Of a stretch of DNA of 64,000 nucleotides, positions 50,383 to 58,445 are shown piece after piece (the first letter of the stretch is position 1; each line of letters opens with the position of its first letter). The stretch spans positions 2,656,001-2,720,000 of the forward strand of contig CBDCKW010000009.1 of the NCBI GenBank assembly GCA_965218435.1, given 5' to 3'. The stretch comes from Truepera sp. GTDB lineage: Bacteria > Deinococcota > Deinococci > Deinococcales > Trueperaceae. The notes beneath the pieces are model-generated. The model was given only the letters and a program-made list of their open reading frames with translations, was not told the DNA's origin and searched no databases. The translations under genes and the position numbers were made by a program.

Positions 50383-51243
50383 ATGCAGCGCAACCGCCTC
50401 ATCCCCTACACGTTTTTACTCCCCTATCTGGCTATTTTCCTACTCTTTTGGGCGTGGCCGATTATCTATTCGGTCTATCTATCGTTTTTAGATACGCGCG
50501 GCTTTCCTTGGTCTTGGGCACCCGACGCCAACTGGGGCCGCATCTTAAACGACCCGTTTTTTCGGCAAGCGTTCAAAAATACCGCCCTGATCTTGCTTAT
50601 CCAAGTTCCGACGATGCTGCTCCTCGCCACCGGGCTCGCCGTCGGGCTCAACTCACCACTCTTAAAACTCAAAGGCTTTTACCGTTTCGCCTTTTTTGCG
50701 CCGGTCGTCGTTGGGTCGGTGGCATATTCAGCGGTATTTCGGCTCTTGTTTAACACCCAAAACGGCGCGGTCAACGCGGCGCTGGTCGGGCTCGGCCTCC
50801 CACGGATTGATTGGCTCAATTCGCCCATCCCGGCATTTATCTTGATCATCCTGACGGTGACCTGGCGTTACGCAGGGTACAACGCGATTATCATCTTGGC
50901 CGGGTTGCAAAACATTCCGTTAGAGCTTTACGAAGCCGCCAAAATTGACGGCGCGAACCCCTGGCAACAGTTCTGGGGGATTACGCTGCCGCTCCTGCGG
51001 CCTATCCTCTTATTTGCCCTCGTGCTGTCCGTTATCGGCACGTTGCAGCTTTTTACCGAACCGTTCCTAATTACCGGCGGCGGTCCCGGAAACGCCACCT
51101 TAACGCTCGGCGTATATTTGTATCAGCAGGGCTTTCGGTCGTTTAACTTCGGCTACGCCTCCGCTATCGGGTACGCGATTGCGCTGTTTGCGGTGCTTTT
51201 TTCGGCGTTGCAACTGCGAGTTTTTGGGGGTGACCCGTCGTGA
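50383..51243 (+). CDS. Sugar ABC transporter permease
   Basis: EAA loop LYEAAKIDGA..ITLPLL; FGYASA. Confidence 0.93.
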   Translation: MQRNRLIPYTFLLPYLAIFLLFWAWPIIYSVYLSFLDTRGFPWSWAPDANWGRILNDPFFRQAFKNTALILLIQVPTMLLLATGLAVGLNSPLLKLKGFYRFAFFAPVVVGSVAYSAVFRLLFNTQNGAVNAALVGLGLPRIDWLNSPIPAFILIILTVTWRYAGYNAIIILAGLQNIPLELYEAAKIDGANPWQQFWGITLPLLRPILLFALVLSVIGTLQLFTEPFLITGGGPGNATLTLGVYLYQQGFRSFNFGYASAIGYAIALFAVLFSALQLRVFGGDPS

Positions 51244-52070
51244 AACGCGCGAACTTGGTCGGCAGCTTTTGGCTGCATCTCTTGCTGACGCCGCTGGCTT
51301 TGTTATGGCTCGCTCCCCTATGGCTGATGGTCGTCTTTTCAACGGTGCTCGAGCCCCAAATCTTTAGCACGCCCGTACCGCTTCTACCCGGCGGCGAGTT
51401 TTTAGCCAACTTGCGCGACCTTCAGGCCGATACGAACTTTCTCCGCACGCTTCTGAACAGCGTCATGATTTCAGGGATTTATACGCTCTTATCCCTGTTA
51501 CTTACGAGCATGGCCGGATACGCTTTCGCCCGCTTTCAGTTCATGGGCCGCACCGCCATCTTCACGCTCGTCATTGCCACACTCACCATCCCGTATTTCG
51601 TCGTGGTGATTCCGCAGTACATCTTGGTCGCCCGCGACTTCTCGTTGACGAACTCATATATGGGCGTGGTGCTGCCGCTCCTCGCAAACTCACTCGGGAT
51701 ATTTTTTATGCGGCAGAACTTTTTGTCGTTGCCCCAAAGTTTGCTCGACGCCGCACGGGTTGACGGCGCGAACGAATACCGCATCTTTTTTCAGATTGCC
51801 TTGCCGCTGGTCAGCTCCGCGATGGCCGCTCTGGGCATCATCCTCTTTTTAGCGGCGTGGAACGACTACCTCTGGCCGCTCTTAATTCTGACCGAAAAAA
51901 CGATGTACACCGCGCCCGTTGCCCTAGGGACGCTGATCGGACTGACCCGGGTGTCGTGGGGCGGGATTATGGTCGGGGCCGTTTTGATGACCGGGCCGTT
52001 TTTGATTTTGTTTTTATTTTTGCAGCGGTTTTTTGTTGCGGGGATTACGGCGGGGGCGGTCAAAGACTGA
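51240..52070 (+). CDS. Sugar ABC transporter permease
   Basis: LLDAARVDGA, WNDYLWP and GITAGAVK motifs. Confidence 0.93.
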   Translation: MKRANLVGSFWLHLLLTPLALLWLAPLWLMVVFSTVLEPQIFSTPVPLLPGGEFLANLRDLQADTNFLRTLLNSVMISGIYTLLSLLLTSMAGYAFARFQFMGRTAIFTLVIATLTIPYFVVVIPQYILVARDFSLTNSYMGVVLPLLANSLGIFFMRQNFLSLPQSLLDAARVDGANEYRIFFQIALPLVSSAMAALGIILFLAAWNDYLWPLLILTEKTMYTAPVALGTLIGLTRVSWGGIMVGAVLMTGPFLILFLFLQRFFVAGITAGAVKD

Positions 52071-52088
52071 GCTTGGTTGTGTTTAGTT

Positions 52089-52568
52089 CTAAGCTCCTAC
52101 AAGTCGTCGCAACAGGGCAATTTGCCCAAAGTGATAGGCGTTATGTTTAGCGACGCTTGCCGCCAGTTTATAGCCGACAGTCCAGGCCGGTTCTTCGCCC
52201 ACACTCGGGTAAAGAATGCGGCCCAATTCTTCTCTAGCCACGCGCCCCAGTTCGGTGGTACCCGCTAAAAACTCGGCGACTAACTCAGGCCACATTTTGC
52301 TGGTGACAGTAGGCCAATTCTTATAGGGGTTTTTGAACGTTACGGGGTCAGGGCTGCGTATAAGGTCAAGGTTAAACTGAACATTGGCGTTCATATGTGC
52401 CAGGATTGCGGCGATGGAGTAAGGAAGTCCAGGCGGTACGGTGACGGCTTGCTCACCTGAAAGACCCCTTAGCAGCCGTTCGGCAGAGGCGAAGTCATGC
52501 TCGGCAGGGTCGTCGAGAAGTAACTCGAGGGTAGCAAGAGGTGGGCCGAACAAAATAGAGTCTGCCAT
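52089..52568 (-). CDS. DinB family protein
   Basis: PYSIAAILAHM and HNAYHFGQIALLRR motifs. Confidence 0.8.
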   Translation of the reverse strand: MADSILFGPPLATLELLLDDPAEHDFASAERLLRGLSGEQAVTVPPGLPYSIAAILAHMNANVQFNLDLIRSPDPVTFKNPYKNWPTVTSKMWPELVAEFLAGTTELGRVAREELGRILYPSVGEEPAWTVGYKLAASVAKHNAYHFGQIALLRRLVGA

Positions 52569-52577
52569 ATTTTATTT

Positions 52578-52608
52578 GGTAACTATATACTTGTATGACC
52601 CAGCTTTT
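52578..52608 (+). repeat. Left terminal inverted repeat
   Basis: GGTAACTATATACTTGTATGACCCAGCTTTT. Confidence 0.93.
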
Positions 52609-52625
52609 TATGCTAAAGTATAAGT

Positions 52626-53555
52626 ATGACAGCGACCGGGTTCAAGCAATTTACCAGCCTCATTCAGATGATGGAAGCGTTTCCTACCGAACAGGCGTGT
52701 ATTGACCACCTACGCGCTATCCGCTGGAAAGACGGCGCGTACTGTCCGCACTGCGGCTGTCAAAAGGTCTATGAGTTTGCCGACGGCAAAACCTTTAAGT
52801 GTGGCGATTGTCGTAAGCGGTTTTCTATCCGGGTCGGCTCTATTTTTGAGGACTCTAAAATAAGCTTGCGTAAGTGGTTTGTGGCGCTCTACCTCATTAC
52901 GGCACACTCCAAAGGTATCTCGAGCGTTCAGCTCGCTAAAGACATCGGCGTGACGCAAAAGACCGCCTGGTTTATGTTGCACCGCCTCCGCTACGCTTTC
53001 CAGACCCCGGCGTTTCAAGAACCGCTTAAAAACACGGTAGAGGTTGACGAAACCTATATCGGCGGCAAAGAAAAGAACAAACACGCCGATAAACGCACCC
53101 CCGGCACGCAGGGCCGCAACACGAAAACCAAAACGCCTGTTTTGGGGATGGTTGAGCGTAGCGGTATCGTCAAGCTCTTAAAAATGAACGGCGTCACGAA
53201 AGAGGACATTCAAAAAGCAGTGCTTGATAACGTCGCCATCGGTTCTAAGGTGATGACAGACGAATACGCCGCTTATAACGCGCTTAACTCGTTTTATTCG
53301 CATGACAGTATCAGCCACAGCATGGGTCAGTATGTGTCAGGCGACGTACACACGAACACCTTAGAGGGCTTTTTCTCACTTCTCAAACGAGGCATCATCG
53401 GCATCTATCACTTTGTCAGCGCCAAACACCTCGAGCGTTACCTACACGAGTTCGCGTTTCGTTATAACCTGAGAGCACAAAAGAACGGAGTTGGTTTTAA
53501 CGTGATGTTAGGCAACTGTAAAGGCCGTTTGACCTACAAGGGGCTTATCTCATGA
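52626..53555 (+). CDS. IS1595 family transposase
   Basis: Zn ribbon CPHC..CGDC, HTH, VEVDETYIGG, MTDE, HTNTLEGFFSLLKR and YLHEFAFRYN; TG-c-TAAAGT -10 six nt before ATG. Confidence 0.95.
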   Translation: MTATGFKQFTSLIQMMEAFPTEQACIDHLRAIRWKDGAYCPHCGCQKVYEFADGKTFKCGDCRKRFSIRVGSIFEDSKISLRKWFVALYLITAHSKGISSVQLAKDIGVTQKTAWFMLHRLRYAFQTPAFQEPLKNTVEVDETYIGGKEKNKHADKRTPGTQGRNTKTKTPVLGMVERSGIVKLLKMNGVTKEDIQKAVLDNVAIGSKVMTDEYAAYNALNSFYSHDSISHSMGQYVSGDVHTNTLEGFFSLLKRGIIGIYHFVSAKHLERYLHEFAFRYNLRAQKNGVGFNVMLGNCKGRLTYKGLIS

Positions 53556-54493
53556 CCAAGACTAAAGACGAGCAACTAACACTAGATATGGATTTTAGCG
53601 AGGCACTCGAGCGTCTTGCTAAAGTCAATACCAAAGACATAGACGCGGCGATAGCAGCCGACGAACCCGACACGCCGCCCGGTGTCGCTACCCCATTCGT
53701 TAAATGGGTCGGCGGCAAACGTAGCCTGATGGACACCTTGCTCTTAAAAATGCCTGAGACGTTCGGAGACTTTTACGAACCGTTTGTCGGCGGCGGGGCG
53801 CTGTTCTTTGAACTGGCAAGACGTAAACGTCTCACTAAAGCTCACCTGAGCGATACCAATATTGACCTTGTGTTTGCCTACACCGTCATCAAAAAAGACC
53901 CGACGGCGCTTATAGAGGCGCTTAAAGCGCACGCGGTTAAGCATAGTGATGACTACTACTATAAGGTGCGGGCTAAAAAAGACCTGCAAACCCCGGTAGA
54001 CATCGCCGCTCGCTTTATCTACCTCAATAAAACGGGTTACAACGGCCTGTACCGCGTCAATAGCAAAGGTGAGTTTAACGTCCCGGTGGGACGCTACAAA
54101 AACCCCGGCATCGTACAAGAGACTAATATATGGGCGTGCCATGAGGCGCTTAAAGTGGCTGATATTCAGTATCACGAGTTTGATACCATCACTCCGCACA
54201 CTGGCGACTTTGTATATTTTGACCCGCCGTACCATCCCAAAGACGAAACCTCGTTTACCAAGTATTCTAAGCTGGACTTTACCGAACAAGACCAAGTGCG
54301 GCTTAGGGATTTTGTCGTCAAGCTTCACAAAAAAGGCGTCAAGGTCATGCTGTCTAACTCTGACGCGCTCTTTATCAAAGACCTGTACAAAAGCAACATG
54401 TTCAAAATTGCCACCGTACAAGCGCCGCGTTTTGTAAACTGCAAACCTAATAAACGAAACGCCGTTGACGAGGTTTTAATCACTAACTACTGA
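53552..54493 (+). CDS. dam: Dam-family (D12 class) DNA adenine N6-methyltransferase with ~45-aa N-terminal extension
   Basis: KWVGGK, EPFVGGG, YLNKTGYNGLYRVNSKGEFNVPVG (Dam recognition hairpin), YFDPPY and MLSNS motifs. Confidence 0.92.
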   Translation: MTKTKDEQLTLDMDFSEALERLAKVNTKDIDAAIAADEPDTPPGVATPFVKWVGGKRSLMDTLLLKMPETFGDFYEPFVGGGALFFELARRKRLTKAHLSDTNIDLVFAYTVIKKDPTALIEALKAHAVKHSDDYYYKVRAKKDLQTPVDIAARFIYLNKTGYNGLYRVNSKGEFNVPVGRYKNPGIVQETNIWACHEALKVADIQYHEFDTITPHTGDFVYFDPPYHPKDETSFTKYSKLDFTEQDQVRLRDFVVKLHKKGVKVMLSNSDALFIKDLYKSNMFKIATVQAPRFVNCKPNKRNAVDEVLITNY

Positions 54494-54963
54494 TGACGAA
54501 AAGGGCCGCAGACCAACAGGGTGCAAACTATACCGGGAAAGTACTCGAGACGTTTGTGTGGAATCGTCTTGTCGAGCGTAACTACCAGTTTGTAGATAAG
54601 ACAAAGTTCAAAGCGGCGATGTACCTCGAGCAACCTATCTTTTCGGCTCAGGTTGACATCGGCACAAGCATTTACGGTACGAAACGCAAGTGCGACTTTG
54701 CTATCTACCATCCTGAGAAATGGCCCGAAGGGTTGGTTATCGAGTGTAAATGGCAGGAACGAAGCGGTTCAACTGACGAAAAGTACCCTTTTGCAGTGTT
54801 AAATATCAAAATGCAGTCGCCTTACAAAACTATCTTGCTCTTAGATGGCGGTGGCTACAAAAAAAGCGCCGAACAGTGGGTACGCAATCAAGTTGACGGC
54901 AAACTTTTGCACGTCTTTAATATGAGCCAATTCCAGACTTGGGTCAACAAAGGGAACTTGTGA
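54493..54963 (+). CDS. PD-(D/E)xK endonuclease, putative restriction or nicking partner
   Basis: E..(KC)DF..VIECKWQ..GSTDEK catalytic pattern; TGATG coupling to the MTase. Confidence 0.8.
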   Translation: MTKRAADQQGANYTGKVLETFVWNRLVERNYQFVDKTKFKAAMYLEQPIFSAQVDIGTSIYGTKRKCDFAIYHPEKWPEGLVIECKWQERSGSTDEKYPFAVLNIKMQSPYKTILLLDGGGYKKSAEQWVRNQVDGKLLHVFNMSQFQTWVNKGNL

Positions 54964-55022
54964 GCCGTCAGAAACAATCTACCCCTCGTGATTACCTACC
55001 AGCCGCCGAAGGAACTATGACG

Positions 55023-55292
55023 ATGGCACAAAGGCATAAAGGAATAGAGGTATACCAGACTGCTATCCCTAAAGTGCCGATAGAACAAATTAAACGCCCT
55101 GAAAGCTATCCGAATGAGCTAGACGAGCGTGAAGCTTTCCGCATTCTCAGGTATTTTGACCGTGACCGCTGGGAGCCCGTTTATATTGACGCGAATTACA
55201 ACCTGTTAGACGGTCAGCATAAACTCTGGGTAGCTCACCAAAAAGGCTACCGCTTCATAGACGCTATCATGATACGCGACCCGTTGAATTGA
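55023..55292 (+). CDS. Small ParB/Srx-like (DGQHR-like) domain protein
   Basis: VPIEQI..EPVYID..LLDGQHK; AAGGA SD 9 nt before ATG 55023 (alternative coupled GTG at 54960). Confidence 0.6.
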   Translation: MAQRHKGIEVYQTAIPKVPIEQIKRPESYPNELDEREAFRILRYFDRDRWEPVYIDANYNLLDGQHKLWVAHQKGYRFIDAIMIRDPLN

Positions 55293-55321
55293 AAGAAAAA
55301 CAGCAGGTCTATTTTCTTTAC

Positions 55322-55352
55322 AAAAGCTGGGTCACATATGTATATAGTTACC
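55322..55352 (-). repeat. Right terminal inverted repeat
   Basis: Reverse complement reads GGTAACTATATACATATGTGACCCAGCTTTT. Confidence 0.93.
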
Positions 55353-55474
55353 TTTTATTTTACGTTTTCAAGTAGAGACTTTTAAGCAGACATTTTGGCT
55401 CTGTGCAAAAGACTGTGCGGTACAAGCTAGGGTAAACTCGAGCGTTTGTAAAGGCCATTCAGAAGAGGTGAAAG

Positions 55475-56248
55475 GTGAAACATATCCGCTACCGCAACGA
55501 AAACGGCGTAAGCTGGGGAGAGCTCGAGGGGGGCACTGTCTACCCTTTGACAAACTTGCTGGGTAGACGTAGCGGCCCCACCGTCATGCTCTCCGACGTA
55601 ACGCTCCTCGCGCCGTGCGAACCCAAGAACATCGTTTGTGTCGGCAAAAACTACGCCAAACATGTGGTTGAAATGGGCGGCAGCGCCGAAGACCTACCGA
55701 AAGAACCGGGCTTATTTATCAAATCGCTGGGTACGCTCGCCAATCCTGGTGACCCGATTCCGTATCCGAGTTGGACGCAAAACCTGCACTTTGAAGGCGA
55801 GTTGGCCGTGGTCATCAGCCGAGAGATGCGAGACGTATCAGAGGAGGACGCCCTTCAGTACGTGCTCGGTTACACCTGCGCGGTAGACGTAACCGCCCGT
55901 GACAAACAGCGGAGCGATCTGCAGTGGGCGCGGGGCAAATCCGCCGACGGCTTCTGTCCGGTGGGGCCGTGGCTCGAGACCGACCTCGACACAGGTTCTC
56001 TAAGTGTTCAGACCCGGCTGGGCGGTGAGTTAAAGCAAGACGGCAACACGGCAGACCTGATCTTCTCCGTACCTAAAATCTTGTCTTATATTTCGTCTTT
56101 TTTAACGCTGGAACCGGGTGATTTAGTCTTAACCGGAACGCCGGACGGCGTAGGGCCGATGGCTGTAGGCGATAAACTCGAGGTCACCGTCGAGGGTATC
56201 GGGACGTTGGAGTGTTTTGTCGAGGCGTCCGAACGACTCGTTCCGTGA
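55475..56248 (+). CDS. Fumarylacetoacetate hydrolase family protein
   Basis: VCVGKNY, HFEGELAV, DVTARD, GKSADGFCPVGP and LTGTP motifs. Confidence 0.93.
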   Translation: MKHIRYRNENGVSWGELEGGTVYPLTNLLGRRSGPTVMLSDVTLLAPCEPKNIVCVGKNYAKHVVEMGGSAEDLPKEPGLFIKSLGTLANPGDPIPYPSWTQNLHFEGELAVVISREMRDVSEEDALQYVLGYTCAVDVTARDKQRSDLQWARGKSADGFCPVGPWLETDLDTGSLSVQTRLGGELKQDGNTADLIFSVPKILSYISSFLTLEPGDLVLTGTPDGVGPMAVGDKLEVTVEGIGTLECFVEASERLVP

Positions 56249-57204
56249 GTGAACCGGCGATTCCACCCGTACAGGATTTGGGTGGGCTATTCCTGATAGA
56301 CACGCAGCATATGGGGTACGCCGGAACCGTCGGCGTGTATCTCTTGCCGGGGGCTGCCGGAACCTTCGCGCTGCTCGAGTCCGGGCCGGGGTCAACGCTC
56401 GAGACGGTATTGGCGGGTGTTCAGGAAGCCGGGTTTGACCCTGAAAAACTGACCAGTGTGTTGGTCACCCATATTCACTTAGACCACGCCGGGGCTGCCG
56501 GGACATTGGCACGGCGTTACGGTGCCGAGGTTTACGTCCACGAAAACGGGGCGGGTCACCTTATCGAACCGGCCCGGTTGCTCAGCAGCGCAGCGCGGAT
56601 TTATGGCGAGCAGATGAGTGAGCTTTGGGGCGAGATGGAACCGCTCCCACAAGCGTTGGTGCGGCCCGTCAGAGACGGCGATACCGTAGAGATTTTAGGC
56701 CACCGTATCGGTGTGCTCTACACCCCCGGTCACGCCTCGCATCACGTTTCTTACCTACTCAACAAAACACGGATGTTTACGGGAGACGCCGCCGGGATTC
56801 GGCTACTGGGGGCAACAACCGTGCGGCCCGCGCTGCCACCGCCTGAAGTTGATTTGGAGACCTGGCACCGCTCGGTTCAGGCAATGCTGCAGGTTGAACC
56901 TGAAGAGCTTTTACTTACGCACTTCGGCCCGGTAGGGGACGTAGCGGGGCATTTTCGGGAGTTGGAGCGTCAGCACCGCGTCTGGAGTGAAAGTGTTTTA
57001 GATGGGATGAACGCCGGTGAAGACAACGAAGCGTTAGCGGCGCGGATTGCCGAACTTAGTCAGGACGCGTTGGGGGCCGAGGGTGCGTCAGCCGGAACGA
57101 TAGAACGGCACAGCGTCACGAGTAGCGACGCGATGACAGTGATGGGCTTAAAACGCTATTGGCAGAAGGTTCACCCAGAACGGCTCGAGTCGTCATCAGA
57201 TTAG
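56245..57204 (+). CDS. MBL-fold metallohydrolase
   Basis: THIHLDHAG, TPGHASHH, TGDAAG and LTHFG; GTGA coupling. Confidence 0.9.
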   Translation: MSEPAIPPVQDLGGLFLIDTQHMGYAGTVGVYLLPGAAGTFALLESGPGSTLETVLAGVQEAGFDPEKLTSVLVTHIHLDHAGAAGTLARRYGAEVYVHENGAGHLIEPARLLSSAARIYGEQMSELWGEMEPLPQALVRPVRDGDTVEILGHRIGVLYTPGHASHHVSYLLNKTRMFTGDAAGIRLLGATTVRPALPPPEVDLETWHRSVQAMLQVEPEELLLTHFGPVGDVAGHFRELERQHRVWSESVLDGMNAGEDNEALAARIAELSQDALGAEGASAGTIERHSVTSSDAMTVMGLKRYWQKVHPERLESSSD

Positions 57205-57367
57205 GAGCGAAACTCAGATTATCGCTGAGCATCAACAAAAGATCACAGATGAGCTAACTAAACCTTATCCGAGCCGTCAAGACATCGCCAAATGGCAAGG
57301 CGACATCGCCCGTCACGAACGTATTAAAGCCAACCTGGAGGCAAAACTGCCGGGAAGGAAAAAATGA
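57197..57367 (+). pseudogene. 5'-truncated small helical protein, coupled to the next gene
   Basis: Frame QIRSETQIIAEHQQKITDELTKPYPSRQDIAKWQGDIARHERIKANLEAKLPGRKK* has no in-frame ATG/GTG/TTG; ATGA overlap with 57364. Confidence 0.55.
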
Positions 57368-57606
57368 GTCAAGTTGTTGAATCCGAACAGTTAGAGATGC
57401 TGCTCAGACGTCTCTCCGGCAGTAGTCAGGATTATCTTAAGTTGGCCCGAAAGCTCGAGGCACTTCCCCCGGAGAGTGACGAGGTGGACGAACTGCTCGG
57501 GAGAATGTATGCCTACGTCCAGCAGGTTCACATGGACACCGAAGATGTCATTGAGGCGATGGACACTTACGCCGACACCCTTCCCGATGACAATGACGAG
57601 ACTTAA
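57364..57606 (+). CDS. Small acidic hypothetical protein
   Basis: 80 aa, D/E-rich, helical; SD GGAAGGA. Confidence 0.65.
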   Translation: MSQVVESEQLEMLLRRLSGSSQDYLKLARKLEALPPESDEVDELLGRMYAYVQQVHMDTEDVIEAMDTYADTLPDDNDET

Positions 57607-57762
57607 CCGGGTTTACCTGGAGCGGCTCGAGCCGTAACGCTTACATTTCAGCGGTGGCCGCCACGAGTATCACCATACATCTCTTCTCCGTCCCTAGCGG
57701 TTGAGCAAATTGTTTTCCTGCGATGGAGCAGCGGATAAAAACAGTTCACCGAGAGGGCACGT

Positions 57763-58371
57763 TTAGAGACTACTTTCAGGCACCCTGACATCTCGAGTCC
57801 TTTCAAACACCAAGTTGAATATAGAGAAAACGACGGGAAACCCGATAAAAAACACGAGCGAAACACGCGGGAAAAAGAACGAAAGGACGATGATGCCGCA
57901 GACGACGACGAACAGGAGCAACCACCGTCGTAATAAGGAACTACCACCAAACGCTCTAAATTCTTCTCGTCGTTTTTTATAAACAGGGGTACTGCTTCCT
58001 ATCCAGAACATGCTTGCTGTTGCAAGGAGAAAAACGATGTCGTAACCGATAGCAGGAACGACCTCACTAGAGTGAAGCATGACCCATTTTGTAAAAATAG
58101 GGATAAGGGCGAGGAAAAACAAAAAGAGCAGATTTCTCCAGATTAGCGTACTTGAAACTTCTGAAATTTGTTCCATCATGAAGTGGTGGCTGCTCCAGAA
58201 GTAGCCGACGATACAAAAACTTACAAAAAATATCAAGATAGACTTTAGCAAGCCTATAATCTCAGGTAAGCTGAAGGTGTCGGGTAAAGGAATGTTCAAA
58301 ACCATAATGGTGATGACGATGGCAATCACGCCGTCGCTAAATGTTTCCAACCTGCTTTTTGAAAAAATCAT
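57763..58371 (-). CDS. TMEM175 (DUF1211) family membrane protein
   Basis: RLETFSDGVIAIVITIMVL, W..HH and NLLFLFF..IP motifs; AT-rich. Confidence 0.88.
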   Translation of the reverse strand: MIFSKSRLETFSDGVIAIVITIMVLNIPLPDTFSLPEIIGLLKSILIFFVSFCIVGYFWSSHHFMMEQISEVSSTLIWRNLLFLFFLALIPIFTKWVMLHSSEVVPAIGYDIVFLLATASMFWIGSSTPVYKKRREEFRAFGGSSLLRRWLLLFVVVCGIIVLSFFFPRVSLVFFIGFPVVFSIFNLVFERTRDVRVPESSL

Positions 58372-58445
58372 TTAGTAGCTCTCCTCGAATCAAAACTCTC
58401 GAGGTTTTTATATTCAAGAATATAGCCGTCAACCGTGAAGAAAGC

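Larger units (their letters stand above)
52578..55352 (+). mobile_element. IS1595-family transposon with passenger methyltransferase, nuclease and ParB-like genes
   Basis: 31-bp terminal IRs (28/31 identical), 8-bp TSD TTTTATTT at 52570-52577 and 55353-55360, and a DDE transposase. Confidence 0.95.

Noticed and set aside
53744..54421. Long antisense and alternative-frame ORFs (also 22956..23663, 7690..8493, 59187..59771 and others)
   Set aside because: Shadows of well-supported genes in GC-rich DNA, with no recognisable motifs
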